From: Ramazzottius varieornatus
Lineage: Eukaryota > Animalia > Tardigrada
NCBI GenBank assembly: GCA_001949185.1
Contig: BDGG01000024.1
Coordinates: 76,587-140,586 of the forward strand
Direction: 5' to 3'
Length of the DNA stretch: 64,000 bases
Positions 13,615-26,963 of the stretch are shown here, one piece after another. The notes below the pieces were generated by a model. It had not been told where the DNA came from. It worked only from the letters and a program-made list of their open reading frames with translations, and ran no database searches. The position numbers and the translations under genes are program-made. Every line of letters starts with the position of its first letter. Within the stretch, counting starts at the first letter, position 1.

Positions 13615-15856
13615 GGCATTAACAGAATGCTGCTTTCACGACCAAAGAATAATTAACAGTGAGCTTCTCTTTGGCTAGTGGTTTTGCAAAACGGCGGTTG
13701 TTTTCGCAGTAGCGTTTTGGCTTTTAGTCTTGTGTGTGACCATGCTTCTGGGACGTCATAGCCGTCACCTCCTCTGAGAACGAGCCGTCGCATTCCGAAC
13801 CGACCAAGGAAATGTTACGCACACTTCGATCAGCAAGAATGAATTGTAGATAAATATGGGAAGGGCAGAGCTAATGCTGTTGTAAACACTGGCTCTCGAG
13901 CGTTAGGTCTCTCTTGTGTACCACAAGGACTAATGATTCTGTAATGCAAAGTCCATGCAACGTTTTGAGCAAACACTGAAATAGCTCAGTTGCACCAGAC
14001 GACTGATGTTTACGGCGCAGCACGCGCTAGCGGATAACTTAAAGCAACCAACTGCGGCGATTTGTTCGCTACTGCGCATGTATCCTAATTTATTTATACT
14101 GCCATCCATTTATTTTGAGTGTACGCTCTTGCATTCGCCCAATTTCGGTCCGAACTGGTTCAAACTTTGCCCAGATTTCAAAAATGTAGTCTAGCTGTTC
14201 ACAACGTGGATATTTGTTTTAGTTTTTTATCTAGCGGTACAAATTTTGATTGTTTCTTGCAATTTTACGCCGCCTGCATGTTTTCAGAATGCAGCTCATA
14301 GCCTGGAAAACTAGCAAATAATTTAGACTGCTCTTTTCCCGACGTCTGTGTGCGCTGCCACAAAGAGCTTCCTGTGGTACTTTTCTCGATGGTCACAAGC
14401 GAAGAACTTGACAAGGTTCATCCTAGTTCCGTCCACTATTTGAAACTTGGTGGTCCAGACTTAGTCGAACTTACCTATGTTTCGCCGATCTAATCTTTCT
14501 GGGGTTTCCCAGCGGATCGTTCGCTCCCAAAGTCCCCATGTAAATCTGTAGACCGTGTTCGGTGGGCTAGATGTTTCCCGAAAGTTTGGTGCACGACTTT
14601 GGCGAAACCAGCCTGACCAAACAAACGAGCTCCAGAACTTCCCCGGTACCCGCATAACGGTGGGACAGCACAAGCATACTGCTCGAACATTCCTGCTAGC
14701 TTTTAGTACGTTTGATGACGGAGGAAAACAAGTAGATGTGGTACAGGCAGTCACACCACCGGTAAGAACCGCACCGCAGTTAGAGTTGCGACTGCGGTAT
14801 CCCAAGTAAATGAAGAAGTCAAGTGGTGCCACCCTACAGCGCAGTCTTGTAGTCTCCACGCCGGATATTTTCACTTGTAATCTCCGTGCCGTCTATGGAG
14901 TGAGACAATCGTGGAACTCATTGTATACAGCTCCAATGCGAAGGGTGCATACCCAGAAACCAAGCTCGGGGTGCCAGCAGAGTAGACGGCTCACGCACTG
15001 GTTGAAGAAGAAATCGATTGGAGGCCTCGGTCTCACACCCCATAAAATTGTGTGCACGCTCCTAGACTAAATATCATCATGGGCCACGGAGCAAAAGACG
15101 AACGGTCCAGTTGAAGCCAGCCAACGTGTCAAATCAATCGGAACAGCGCCGTGTTCGCTCCGCGGCCCACAGTTTCGTCTATGTTCACATAAAGGCCAGG
15201 TGCGTGTACTATGCACAGAAGGGTGCAAGCGTTCCTCGCTTTATGTGCACAAAACATCACGTCAGTGCATAACTGCTAGCCCAAGCCTTGGCTCGTAGCA
15301 CCTACCTACTGCACTATCGTATCCCTGGTCGCTCAGTGGTTACAAGTCAAGTGGGCGCCAGTGAACCGTTGAAACGTTAACCGGACTTTCGATATGACCG
15401 AGGTACGGCTCCGATAGCGGTTATGGAAATATCTGTGACTCCGGGCACAGAGAGCACAGCAGATATTCTTTTGATTATTATAACTTGTGATGTCGAAGGA
15501 CAGGGCAGCGATCAGCCTTCGCTATCGCACGCTAGACAGTGGTGGTTATGATCAGCCCCGGCCGATGTGCAGACTCATGCGTTGATTATCAGCACAGTGG
15601 TATTTCATGGTCCAACTTCCACATGTGACACTGATACAGTCTCGCAGATCCTGATTGTTGTATCAGAGAAGAAATGGCAGATTAGATTATGTGCATAATT
15701 TATCAGTTGGGAAGCCTTGCATCAGCGTGGAAGCTCACGTGCCTTTGCACAGGTAAAGGTTATCCAGAACCAGGATATCCAAGGCGCCATTTAGCTCTGC
15801 GATAACCAAGCGGCCCGTTATTCGATCTCCCGATGCCGGTGTGGAAAGCTCGTAGG

Positions 15857-15865
15857 TATATAAAA
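15857..15865 (+). promoter_or_regulatory. Candidate TATA box of the P450 gene
   Basis: tatataaaa about 130 bp upstream of the ATG at 15996. Confidence 0.35.
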
Positions 15866-15995
15866 TACGAAGAAGAAAAACCTTCATAGTACGTGTAGTT
15901 CAGAAGAGTGTTCAGTTCTAAACAGGTGTAACGGTTTTGCACAGTGCTGTTTGTCGATAACTACGATAGATACCGGTATAATTACCGTTTTGAGA

Positions 15996-17863
15996 ATGAT
16001 CAGCTTGGCTGCACTGTGCATCGGGGTCGCGACACTTCTCTTCGTGACCTTGTTGTATTATCGCCGGAAATGCGAGAACGACCTGCTACCTCCCGGCCCT
16101 CCCGGTAAGTACGTCTTGGAAAAGTTTTGGCCATGTTGGAATACGGGAAGTTCTAATACGAGGGTTTGGCTTTCTGTCCTGCAGGTTTGCCGTTATTAGG
16201 AAACCTTGGTCTGTTAAGGGGCAGTGGGATCGACAGACTGCGCCACTTGGTCAAGCTAGTCGATACTTACGGTCAGAACGGCATGGCGACGCTGCAGTTT
16301 GGACCAGGAAAAAATAATCGAATGGTTTTCATCAAGGATCATGACACGATCAAACGTGCTCTTAGCAAAGATGAATTTTCCGGAAGACCAAAAACGTTCC
16401 TCAGAGACAGCTACTATCAAGGACAGGGTAATCCATGCTACCCGTGCGATCACTGGTGAACTATTGTGCGTTACAAGTAATGCGCAGTGCATTTTAGGAA
16501 TCGTTTTTGCTGATGGGGAACTGTGGGCGGAACACCGGCGATTCGCAATAACGACTCTTCGAAACTTCGGCATGGGCAAGAGTAGCCTGCAAGAGCTGGT
16601 ACTGGGGGAAGCTCGAGAGCTTGTCAACGCTTTCAAGGCATTTGAAGGGAAACCCGTCGCGCCCTCAGCGGTGATACTTCCCTCTGTTTGCAATGTCCTG
16701 TGTGGTATCTCTTACGGAAGGCGCTTTAGCCATCAAGATGCACGATTTATTCAGCTGACCAAGCTTACTGAAGAAAACCTGTACCTTGCTGCCAAATGCC
16801 AACCTTTGGATTTCTTCCCGTACTTACGACACATCCCTTTCACAAACTACAAGACTATGATTCAGAAATGGACCAATAACCAAGACCAGATCGGTGACTT
16901 CTTACAAGCGCTTATTGTCGAGCACAAACGTAACTTCCGGCCCAGCGAAGACGAGCCGACTGACTACGTCGACGCTTTCCTCAAGCAACAATTCGTCGAG
17001 AAGAACAAACCTGATTCTACATTTACAGGTGCTTACATTGGAATCGCATCTGCACTTTCCTCGCTCAATTTCTTTGCCTGTCTTGCAGAGCGTCAACTAC
17101 TTCGTTCCATTAATCCATTTGTTGGCGCCGGAACTCAGGCAACTTCAACCACCCTATGCTGGGCTATTTTCTTTCTGCTGGACAACCCTGACGTCATGAC
17201 CAGAGTACAGAAGGAAATTGACGGTGTTTTGGGAGAGCGGCTCTTCCCCCTCCTGGAGGACAAAGGTTACTACTGTCTCCATCGTTATTTATGCCTTTTC
17301 CTACCGTCTCGAATGTTTTTTTATATTTCTAGAGCGACTTCCCTACTGTCAAGCAACAATTACGGAAGTTCTGCGTTTGGGAAACATGGTTCCTATTCCC
17401 GGGCGTAGCACGGTGGATGTGGCCGAGATTAATGGATTCATTTTGCCCAAAGGCACAAAAATCGCTCCACTGGTCATTGCCGTCCATGAAGACCCGACCT
17501 TGTTTCCTGAACCAATGGCATTTAAGCCGGAGCGTTTTCTTGATCAACACGGACAGTTCGTCAACAAGGTTGATTGGCTGCTGGCCTTTGGATCAGGTAC
17601 CTTGCTGATGGCACTTAACTGGGCTGGGTAAATACCATTCCGATCGAGACCAGGACGTCAGAGCGGCTGGTTTTTTTCCAGGTAAACGGCTTTGTTTGGG
17701 CGAGGCACTGGCCAGAATGGAACTTTTCATCTTCTTCGTGACATTGGCCAGAAACTTTACCTTTGGACCGATACAAGATGGAGACGTGCTACCGGGACAT
17801 GTGCTGACACAGATTGTGAACTGTCCCAGACCGTTCCGCACCTCCTTCACACCACGCGCATAA
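15996..17863 (+). CDS. Cytochrome P450, CYP2 clan; exons 15996-16104, 16185-16427, 16498-17028, 17089-17265, 17333-17596, 17682-17863
   Basis: N-terminal TM anchor, PPGPPGLPLLGNL hinge, WAEHRRF C-helix, EVLR (ExxR), PERF, heme motif FGSGKRLCLG; all five introns are GT-AG and keep the frame. Confidence 0.95.
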
Positions 17864-18139
17864 CTTGTGAGACCGACGGTTAACTGGAAGTTTCCTGTTG
17901 TCCAGTCCAGACTTATCATATTCTTTGGTTTATACTGATGGTTGCGTCATTAAAGTTTTCGAGATCGGTCAACCGATTTGCCAACTCCAGAGAATCGGAA
18001 ATGCGTAGTTGCTGGTGTCCACAGAGTTAAAACCATTTTTGAGATCATCAGGACGAAACAAAGAAGCAAATAACAACGCCTTGACCGTCATATCCGTCTT
18101 GCTCTTGAATAATCCAGTGTCATTCTCGAAAGTAACTCT

Positions 18140-18310
18140 TGATATACGTAACAGACGGAATGAACATTGCTGCCGTAATACTGTATTTTCACCAACTGCA
18201 ACGCTTAGCAGTCGAAAGGAAATTACATTTCTTTTATGAGAAGCCCGAACGGAAATATGGGACCTTGCCTCTTCACCGAAAAGATGAGGGCTGGCCCCGC
18301 TTGGGGTTCC
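18140..18310 (+). repeat. Dispersed repeat; second diverged direct copy at ~24390-24560
   Basis: Shared aaggaaat(t/c)acattt...gagaag...aacggaaatatg(g/a)gacc...gcctcttcac. Confidence 0.5.
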
Positions 18311-20619
18311 TTTTCAGGTGAGACTAACAACTAATGGATCCGCCCATGAGCCAAGCAGTTCATTCTAGTTCCTGGTCGAGGCTCGAACAACCTGTTGGCG
18401 AAAGCCAGAACGCCACGAAACGAGACTGGCTAGTGCGCACACGCGCAGACCGTATGCGCTAGTAATACTGCGCATTTTTTGAAGGGGCGACTGGGCGAGA
18501 CATAAAGATGACGCATCGGGTCTCGAAAAACATCGTGGCGGTGAGTGACCGAACAGACAAAACTAAGATTCTTAAAAAATGTCGGCCGTGTTTCTTTAGT
18601 CACTAAATTGCATTAGTTTACAGAAAACATTGTTTCCTACTTGTCTGAAAGTATCCTTAAGGGCACTTGGGACGCCGAACACCATTGACAGGAAAACAAT
18701 CTTGTCCGCGCGAGCTGTAACAAATTTCGATATCTAGACTGCTAATAGGATAGACGAAACACTTGGTGATGATGGCCAAGTGAGTTTGTACGCGCACCGT
18801 TGTTCATGTCTCAGCAACATATGGAATTATGAAATTCGTCGATTTCGGCTAACATTTTGGTGTCGGCGGCCGAATTCCGTAACGATCTTTTTTGCTTCCA
18901 AACTACCCTTTTCTGACATCAAGTTGTTGCGAATATCGATAACAAGATCGTCATCCTCCATGACGCAGAAAATGCAGCGAATAAAACCAATGCCAAAAGT
19001 AGTTCCTTCGACAAGCGAAGAAAATTGAATAAAGCGGCGAAGTTTGCACCTTGATCACTAATTCGCTATTACAGCATACTGTTCCTTTGGATGTTTTGAT
19101 CAGAAGAATAACACGTATCCTTCGAAACACCTTCTGTGATCTGTGCGGCTCCCTGTCTGAACTGCATATCTGGTGCTCAAGAGCATCTCATAGAATGAGA
19201 AAGTTAACGACTTGTGTAACTGACACCTGCTTGCAGGATGGCCTGGGTAATGGCCAGTGGTCACTCGCCCAGAACAGTATGGGCGCTGCTTTTGGCAACG
19301 GCAAGAGTTGGCCACGGAAGAGTGAGTGGCGTTGTCAACAAGCAAGACTTGCGGTACTCGGTCTTCGAACTGAGTTTGCACGCTCTGCGTAATCGCGTAA
19401 ATGTTGGCTTAAAATCTAAACCGTAGAGAACCCTAGTTAAAAAAATATAATAGCAACTTCCGTATCGCTGTGACGTGGTTCTCAGCATACACCGTGCCAT
19501 CCGCGCGAAGTAGCCTTTCCCGGCGAAGTAAAAGTAGCCAATCAAGATCTCAATCAAGCGTCTGCGCTTTGCATGATGTAGTACGCGAAGAAAAAGTAAA
19601 ATTTCCAAGTCAAAGGCTGGCCAACCTAATGGCCTGCCGTCCACATCACATTCAAACGGCAATGCCGCAGCTGTGTTCCCCCATGCCGTTAAATCACCTG
19701 AATTTACGCACTGTGTGTTTGCTTCACGTAAATTTCATCATAATTCGACTTTTCCTGTGGCAGTGATCTTCCAGTGAAGCACTTGCGACGAACTTGCTCT
19801 GGATATCGAACGAAGTAGTTCAGCTGTATCACGAGCTAAATTCGGAAAAGGAACGGAGCCGAGCTACCCCGAACTGGGCATCTTCTCGACGAAAGGAGGT
19901 GAGGTGAAAAAACGTGCAGTAGGACGTTCAAGCACACACTTGCTATAGCCTCTAGGACCAATACCGAATTTCAACCAATCAATTGCTTTCTGCAAATACT
20001 TTTCGTTTCGGAAAATATTTCTGGACGAAGAACCTGAGTTCTGGAGCCGACCAAATTCTGTTTTTCGAAAATTTGTACCCCGGTCTGTCATTTACTTTCC
20101 ATTTTCCGGTCCGGATAATCGTGGGATATACCCCTTTTAAGCCGTCTGCTGTAGCGGTCCTTCGTACTGGATATTTTTAGTTTTGTATTTCACCTGCGTC
20201 TCACTTTGCCATTATTCCGAACCGGACTTCACAACCGATCCTGATTCAACTAACAAGTGGAATTGCACTCTGAAGAAGTTTTCTGTGTTCTGTATTGCAG
20301 GTATGTAAAAACGGGACCTGCCAGAGGGAGGGAGTTCGAGGGAGGTCAGAAGAAGCAGGCGAAGCCGTCCGATGTGGAGACGTTCCAGTGAGTGATCCGA
20401 CAGTCACTTAACCCTGAAATTCTGTTTGGATCACAGTTTGTAGTTCCAGGTCCAACGATGCGAACCCGAAAGCGGGAGAGCGCTGTGGAGGAAGCCGAAA
20501 ACCCCGAGAAGAGACGACCAGAGAACATCCACAAAAAAGGTTCGTTTATCTTGCCCGGTTGCGTTTTGCGAATTTCTGACTTGAGGGGTATACCCTATTC
20601 GATATATCTGTTGTCTTGT

Positions 20620-22616
20620 CAAACTTCATCCTGGTGCAATTTCCGGACAAGATGGCTCTGACTCTGGATACGAAAGCCGCCAAGACAACGACGAAAAGGG
20701 ATGTGGACGAGGGTGTTTCCTACGACCAGTCTCTGGTTACAGGTGAGCAGATTATCGTTCGCCATTCGGGGAAGATAGACGCGAAGCAACAGTCTTCTGA
20801 AGCCACGGTTGTGATCATCACTGCGAGCAAAACTGTAACTGAAGATCTACAAAGACTTTGGACGAGCAAGCCAGGAAAGCGATGGTAAAAGGATGCCATA
20901 TTTTTAGTCAATCTCTGCTGTCAAGGCTTTCTTATCGAAATAATTTTCGGAAAATCGTGCCAAAGAAACCCTCCGGTCAGTTGGCTCCCTCCAAGATTCA
21001 GAATGAGCCAGCCTCCTTATCCGATTACCAAACAGGTAGTGGCGACAACGCAACACAAACCTCGGACGAAAATTCTGTCAGCCGAACGGCATTGTCACCA
21101 CGAAAGGTAACTCGCTGGTTGTACTGCAATGAACCTCCGGAAATTTTAAAATATTTTTTCATGATGTCTTCGGAGTTACCAGGTGCTCCGGCCTCTAAGA
21201 AGCACTCTCTGGGGTGTACCCTTAATGATCCTGATGATGCAGAATCTTCTGCCCAGTAAGATATTCAATTATAGCAACAATCTAATTTATTACAGATTGT
21301 GGATTTCGGTCTTCCTATAAATTCACTTGAATAGTTGATTTTCACACTGGAGCAGCATCGTGGAATTCTCTGGACGAACGTGTATCATCATCGCCGGCGG
21401 AGTCGGACGATCGGAACGTTCGTGGAGAGCGAGACAAGGAGAGCACTCCAGAAACACCGCATGAGCTGGTGGAAGCTTCTTCGGGGTACACCTCTTATCG
21501 GAAAGCAACCAAGGTAGGCAAAATTGCATGCTTTCGTTCTTGATTGATCCTGCTGTTCGGCTTATCTCTTTTGTTCCGGAAACAAGAGACTAACCGGCAA
21601 ATACCATCGACAGGATGCCAGTAAGACGTTGTGTACCATTTTTGATTCAGCATAAAATTACGCTGTGAAGATCCTGTTCCAGCGACCTCTCACGGGAACG
21701 TTTCGGTGCAATCCTGGTGGTCTAAACCATCCTACCCTCAAATCTAGTCAGGAGGAAGTAGCCTATCCCGACACTGCCAAGAGATTGCAGTTAAGCTGCC
21801 AAAACAGACTGGTACGTTTGAGAACTTTTGAGTTAAAGTGCAACGTCTCGCCTCCTTAAGTCTTTAACTTACAGACGGCTCTCTTGGCCATCCTGAGTCA
21901 CACTCCGCAACCGGAAGTCAAAGTTCCTCGACTCCCCTTCAAGCGCAGTATCCAAAGCCAACCTCCAGACCTGTCTTCGACCACGAAAAATTCCCGCATT
22001 TTGAGACGACTCGTTCTCTAAAACGTTATCTACGCTTACTCAGAAACTTTATGAAAACTTTTATTAGTATCTTCACGTTCGAAAAAACTAACTATACTCA
22101 GCATGCTGTTTGTAGGCGAGCTGAATCCTAATCAGCTTAGGATCGTGGATGAAACCAGGCTGTCTCTGAAGACGGGAGGCTTCGGAAAGGTGGAGCAGTT
22201 CCCTGGAAGCGACGTGTGGGTCTGCGGCACTCGCTTCAAGACCTTCAGAAGTGAACTCCACAAGAACTCTTTGACCGACGCGGTCGAGTTAGCTTTGCTG
22301 TTCTTTAGTTCAAGGCACAACGCTTTGGATTTGTTCATGGGTCGCGGATTCGGGCTTCAGGCAACCCTGGGCAGTGGTGTCATCACTGACATTGTCGGTA
22401 AGAGAAGTCCCGTTTTGCCGCTCTGTCAGGTTAGCTCAGCCTCTAACAGCGATGTTTTTCTCAGGCTGGATAAACTCCTTCCATCCAGCTGCCGTGCACG
22501 ACCAGTACCGAAGTAGTCACGGCGTTTGGCAAACGCCTATACAACATGAGGAAGAGTATGGACCCTGGCGAGGGTACTTCAGGAGTACACTCCAAAGATC
22601 TGGTTTTCGAATCTGA
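20620..22616 (+). pseudogene. Spliced, degenerate gene with a C-terminal BEN-like domain (possibly a transposon accessory ORF)
   Basis: Exon-like blocks with GT-AG borders; FPGSDVWV...ELALLFFS...VITDIV|GWINSFHP then (frameshift) EVVTAFGKRLYNMRK resembles the BEN pattern. Confidence 0.4.
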
Positions 22617-24848
22617 TGACGAACCTTTGTGAAATGTCTCGCTGTTTATTTAATTAGCCTTCCCTTTCTATAACTTTTATTAAGCATCCAAAGTTGAGAA
22701 CGACGTAAGGTTTTCGTTGTTTGAAGGATAACTTTCCGAGCTGAGGATGTCCGTAAGAAAATTGAGAACCGGTATCACCCGACACTTCCGCTTCCGCTAA
22801 ATAAATTCTTCTGAATCCCCTCCCGGACGTGCGATAGGGACGCGATGAGGTATATGACGGAGGACATACCTGATCGCATCCGTTTGGTATCATTTTTGTA
22901 ATGTGGGGGAGGAATCAATGTATTTTCCGGTACCAATATCTCTGTTGCAAAAATAAGCGCTCGTTCATGAAAACTGCTCGTCTCTAGTGCTCTTAAGCCA
23001 AATAACCGTTTATTTCTCCAGGAAATGCTTCCAATGTTGTTGCTGAAAGCTACCTTTGCACGGTTGTCGAACTCTGTAAGTCAACACAGAAATCACCAAC
23101 GCGACATGACAGCCGACCGTCAGGCTATTGGTCCATCCGGAACTCGTTCGGACTTGGTCAGAGTTCTTGAATTCTCCCGCAGTCTGAGTTACCGGTACGC
23201 AATTTTCATAGGCTACTCCTGAGAGCCAGAAATGAAAGTACTTGGTTACTCGTCTCCGCATTAGCAAGAACCATTTATCACATGATCAGTATTCAGCCCT
23301 CATTGCAAACCGAAAACAGGGAACTTTCATTTCACTGAAAACATAGCATGCGTCCGCAGTGCGCTGTCTACTGGACATCGTGCATCTTCGAGACACGGCC
23401 AGTCAAATCGATCGAGGCCTGCAGGCCGAAGGGAAGAACTAACGCAGATACTCGAAAACGGGACGGAGTGGTCAGTGGTGAAGGGTGGAAGTTGCAGGGG
23501 TGCACATCATGAGACCTTCATCCGGCGAAGAGATCGGTGAAGATCGGTTTCCTCGGTGCTGAGGGGCTGTTCCCGATGAAGTGCTGCGTTAAGCTTCATC
23601 TGGTAACTCACTGCCTGTTGTTTTGAAGAGACTGGATCTGTTTAACACTGAAAGGAGAATTTCTCGGTGAAAAAAAGCCCTTCTTGCTGTTTTTCTCTGT
23701 CAAACTACTTTTCTAACAGTAAGATCTTCCGAAATTGTTTGCTTTTAGCGGTCTGCGCTGGCGTTTTGATGGATTTCACCTTATGTCTGTACCACGTCCG
23801 TGTAACGGATAAAAAACGTCTAATCCTTGTAAGACAAGGGCCAGTTTCCGCACGCGAACTAACGGTGTCGTGAAGACATCAAAGCACACTAACGGCTTCC
23901 AATCCGCCGTTGAAGCCGTGTTCGCTTTCCGATGAGGGCAGGACGGAACCAAACGGCAAAATACAGTGAATCAGAGAGACGGTTCGGAACACACAAACGA
24001 GCCACGGAAGCAGTATTCCATTAGCTGATCTTTCTGGACCAGTTTCCTTCGGAGAAACTGTGCTGCACTACGTGGTGACACATCAGGCAAACATAGGCGG
24101 CTAAAATAGCGCAGCTGCTCTCTGTACAGCACATTATGCTTTATAATTGAAGCGGCGGCAGGTTTCCGGCAAGGACCATCGGACACAAAGCAAATCTTCG
24201 ACGTCAGGACTCCGTATGATTTAACGGTAACAGCTACAGGCGCCAGTCCACAGACAGGCTGCTTCAAGGCTGGCGCAGATGTTTTCCTGATACCTCGGCA
24301 CAGTCAGTATTAGAATCAGTATCACTTATAAAAACCTCAATGGAGATACCCCTCTTGCTCTTGAATAACCCGATGTCATTTCCGGAAGTAACACCAGTTG
24401 ATACCTAGCAGCCGGAATACACATCGCTGTCATCGTGTTTTTCTCAACTGCAGCGCTTCGCAGTCGAAAGGAAATCACATTTTCTCTAGCGAGAAGACCC
24501 AACGGAAATATGAGACCTGGCCTCTTCACGGAAAACATGGGGGATGGTGCCGCGTGGGACTGCTGTTCGGGCCAGACTTAAAGCTGATAGAAGCCACTTC
24601 TTCTATGTTAGTTTCTAGATAGGCCCACTGTTCCCATCGCCTATGTCAGCATCGACGTTGCCATTTTTATACCAACCTACGGTTTCCTCACGAGTACTTA
24701 ACCTCCGTGTGGATCAAATGACTTGAATTCTACCAGAATTTCCAAACTGGACGTTCTGGAATTGGAAGAATTTTTCTACTATTACAGCCACAAGTCGATT
24801 AGCCTGATGTTTGATATCATATACGGCGGCGTCAACCAACCGCAGAAC

Positions 24849-25255
24849 ATGAGTCACAACAATTCATTATTACATGCCAATGACAACAATACATCCACGC
24901 CGTCATGGTGGACTGCCACACCGGTGTGCTTTCTGCTGATCATGGTCATTTTAACGACACTGAACGGAACCTTACTTTACGTCTTTGCTCGCAACCAGAA
25001 TCTGCGCACGACCTTCAACGTCTACGTTGTTAGCGTCTTACTGGCCAATTTGGTAGAAACGCTGGTGCAGATGCCATTAAACCTGGCGCATTACCTACAC
25101 TGGCTGAGTGTTACGGCATGCCCTTTCTACATCTACAGCGCAGCTGTGCAAGCCGTTGTGGTTTGCTCACACACGCTCATCACCTTGAATCGTGTTTGGG
25201 CGGTGACGGCGCCGGTGTCCTATCGAAAGTATCACCGGATGAAAGTGTCGCTGGC
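24849..25255 (+). pseudogene. Rhodopsin-class GPCR, 5' half (TM1-TM3), interrupted by the Polinton
   Basis: N-glycosylation sequons, LNGTLLYVF...LRTTFNVYVVSVLLANL, LITLNRVWAV (DRY equivalent); joins 47242 in frame (MKVSLA-LCTLVW) when the element and one TSD copy are removed. Confidence 0.88.
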
Positions 25256-25362
25256 AGTAGTAAATGTACATCAGACATATGACAAAAATAACGGCTGTGT
25301 CCTACTCGGCGCCATTTCCGGACAAAGAGGCCATAGGCAGTGTAAGAAGTCGGCTTGAGAAA
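25256..25362 (+). repeat. Left terminal inverted repeat of the Polinton
   Basis: Reverse complement of 47129-47235 with 2 mismatches. Confidence 0.95.
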
Positions 25363-25862
25363 AGTCACCTTGCATTGCTGGAGTAAAAAGTACACCTCTC
25401 AGGTCGACTTCTTACGCTGGCTATGGTCTGACAGCCGATACCTTCTTAGTCGGGTCTACGTCATCGTACCAAGGCTACAGACATACATCCTTACTCATTT
25501 CATCGTTTTATTTCATATTCTACCGAAAACAAATGACATCATAGGGTACGGGAAAAGATTTTCCCTGGCTACCTTTCTCAGGCAGCATCTTGATTTTAGT
25601 GAGAAAGGTGTAGATACTTTTAGCACAGGCATTATGGGCGCAATTTTCACAGCAAGGAGATGAACCTTCGAAATACAAAACTAGATCGATCGTGCAGGTT
25701 ACTAGATGTATATCTTTTTTGGTGGCGAAGAATATTGGGGTGCCCAGTCCCAGGATCACGAGCATCTTTCGGACAATGGCCGGATAGGAGGCGTCCATGA
25801 GTTCTGGTATCACTGAGCCAGGATAAAAAGCATGGCTTAAATTTTCTGATGCTTATCAGGAG

Positions 25863-25961
25863 GGTGGATTTTTCCGTGCAGATATTTACCGCGAGGTTGG
25901 ATTTTACCACGCAGACGATTATCGAGAAATTGGATTTCAGCATGCAGATGGCTATCAGATG
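25863..25961 (+). repeat. Three degenerate 33-nt tandem repeats that look protein-coding
   Basis: Translates as GGFFRADIYRE/VGFYHADDYRE/IGFQHADGYQM. Confidence 0.6.
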
Positions 25962-26429
25962 GACGGAATTTACGCAAAGATACAAAACCGCGTCTGGATG
26001 CAGAATGGTCTGTATAAATCCACCACAACGAGGCGGAAATGTGGTTAGTCGCCAAGATGTCGGACAGCGAGGACGAAATGATGGGTTGTGAGAGTCATCG
26101 TTCTGAGCGACACGGTTCTTGTGTCCAATGTTATCCAGCTTGGATGTTTCAGAAGACCGGGCAGTTCTGCCTTCGTCACTATCTGTACTATCCCAACACC
26201 GTCTGCAGTCGTGCTCTTTCTGCCATGTGGCTGCCGTCGTTCCGCCTGAGGAGAGCTCGGGATTCCGCATCGTCACTCGGGCTCCGCGATCTTTGTGCTT
26301 GAGCATCGCGCAACAAGGGCGTGACTTCCGTATTAGCTTTGTGGCTCGCAATATCCGCTACCGGGGAGAAAGGTTCTGGCGCGTGTATCCGGACATTACA
26401 GGTACGGTAATATTTGGATCGGCAGTGGT

Positions 26430-26536
26430 AGAGTAGAATGCCATCTTCCAAAATCTACTTTTTACTTCGGCAATGGGTGACGTCACCACCGTGTATAAAG
26501 TAGAAAGTCTGTTTTGCCGACTGACTTTTTACTCTG
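26430..26536. promoter_or_regulatory. hr-like palindrome units flanking a TGACGTCA
   Basis: gagtagaatg...ctttttacttc, tgacgtca, aagtagaaag...ctttttactct. Confidence 0.6.
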
Positions 26537-26705
26537 TAGGCCCACCTTTATTTGCAGGTGAAGAAGGCGACGTATCGGAGGTGACCCACTTAAAGGACTG
26601 GCGAGGAGCGTATGCAGGTGCGTTTTGCTTATGCAGAAGTGCGAATTTTCTTCTGTCTGTGTTTTGGTCTGAATATTGTCTTTTTTCGTTCTAGATTTCT
26701 ATCCC

Positions 26706-26963
26706 ATGGCGGATGGTCATGGAGAATTCGGTCTGCTGTCCCCAATCCAAGCCAGTCCCGACACCTTAGACGCGTTCGTGCAGCCATACCACCTCGATGG
26801 TTATGCCGCGGACGACGAAGGCAAAATTCTCCTTGGCGGCAACGGCAGCACCAACCAAGCATTGTCGGACCGAAGCAGCTCCAGCAGCGCTAGCCTCAGC
26901 GATGTCTTTGACACGAATTTCATGGATGGGTATCTGCCGTATCGTCGGTTCCCCTGGTGGTAG
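26706..26963 (+). CDS. Small acidic/Ser-rich hypothetical protein of the Polinton
   Basis: Open frame MADGHGEF...YRRFPWW, preceded by an intron-like gtgcgt...ttctag; no family recognised. Confidence 0.3.
   Translation: MADGHGEFGLLSPIQASPDTLDAFVQPYHLDGYAADDEGKILLGGNGSTNQALSDRSSSSSASLSDVFDTNFMDGYLPYRRFPWW

Noticed and set aside
25355-25663. ORF sharing VTLHCWSKKY with the 46837 ORF
   Set aside because: Translation of subterminal repeat sequence
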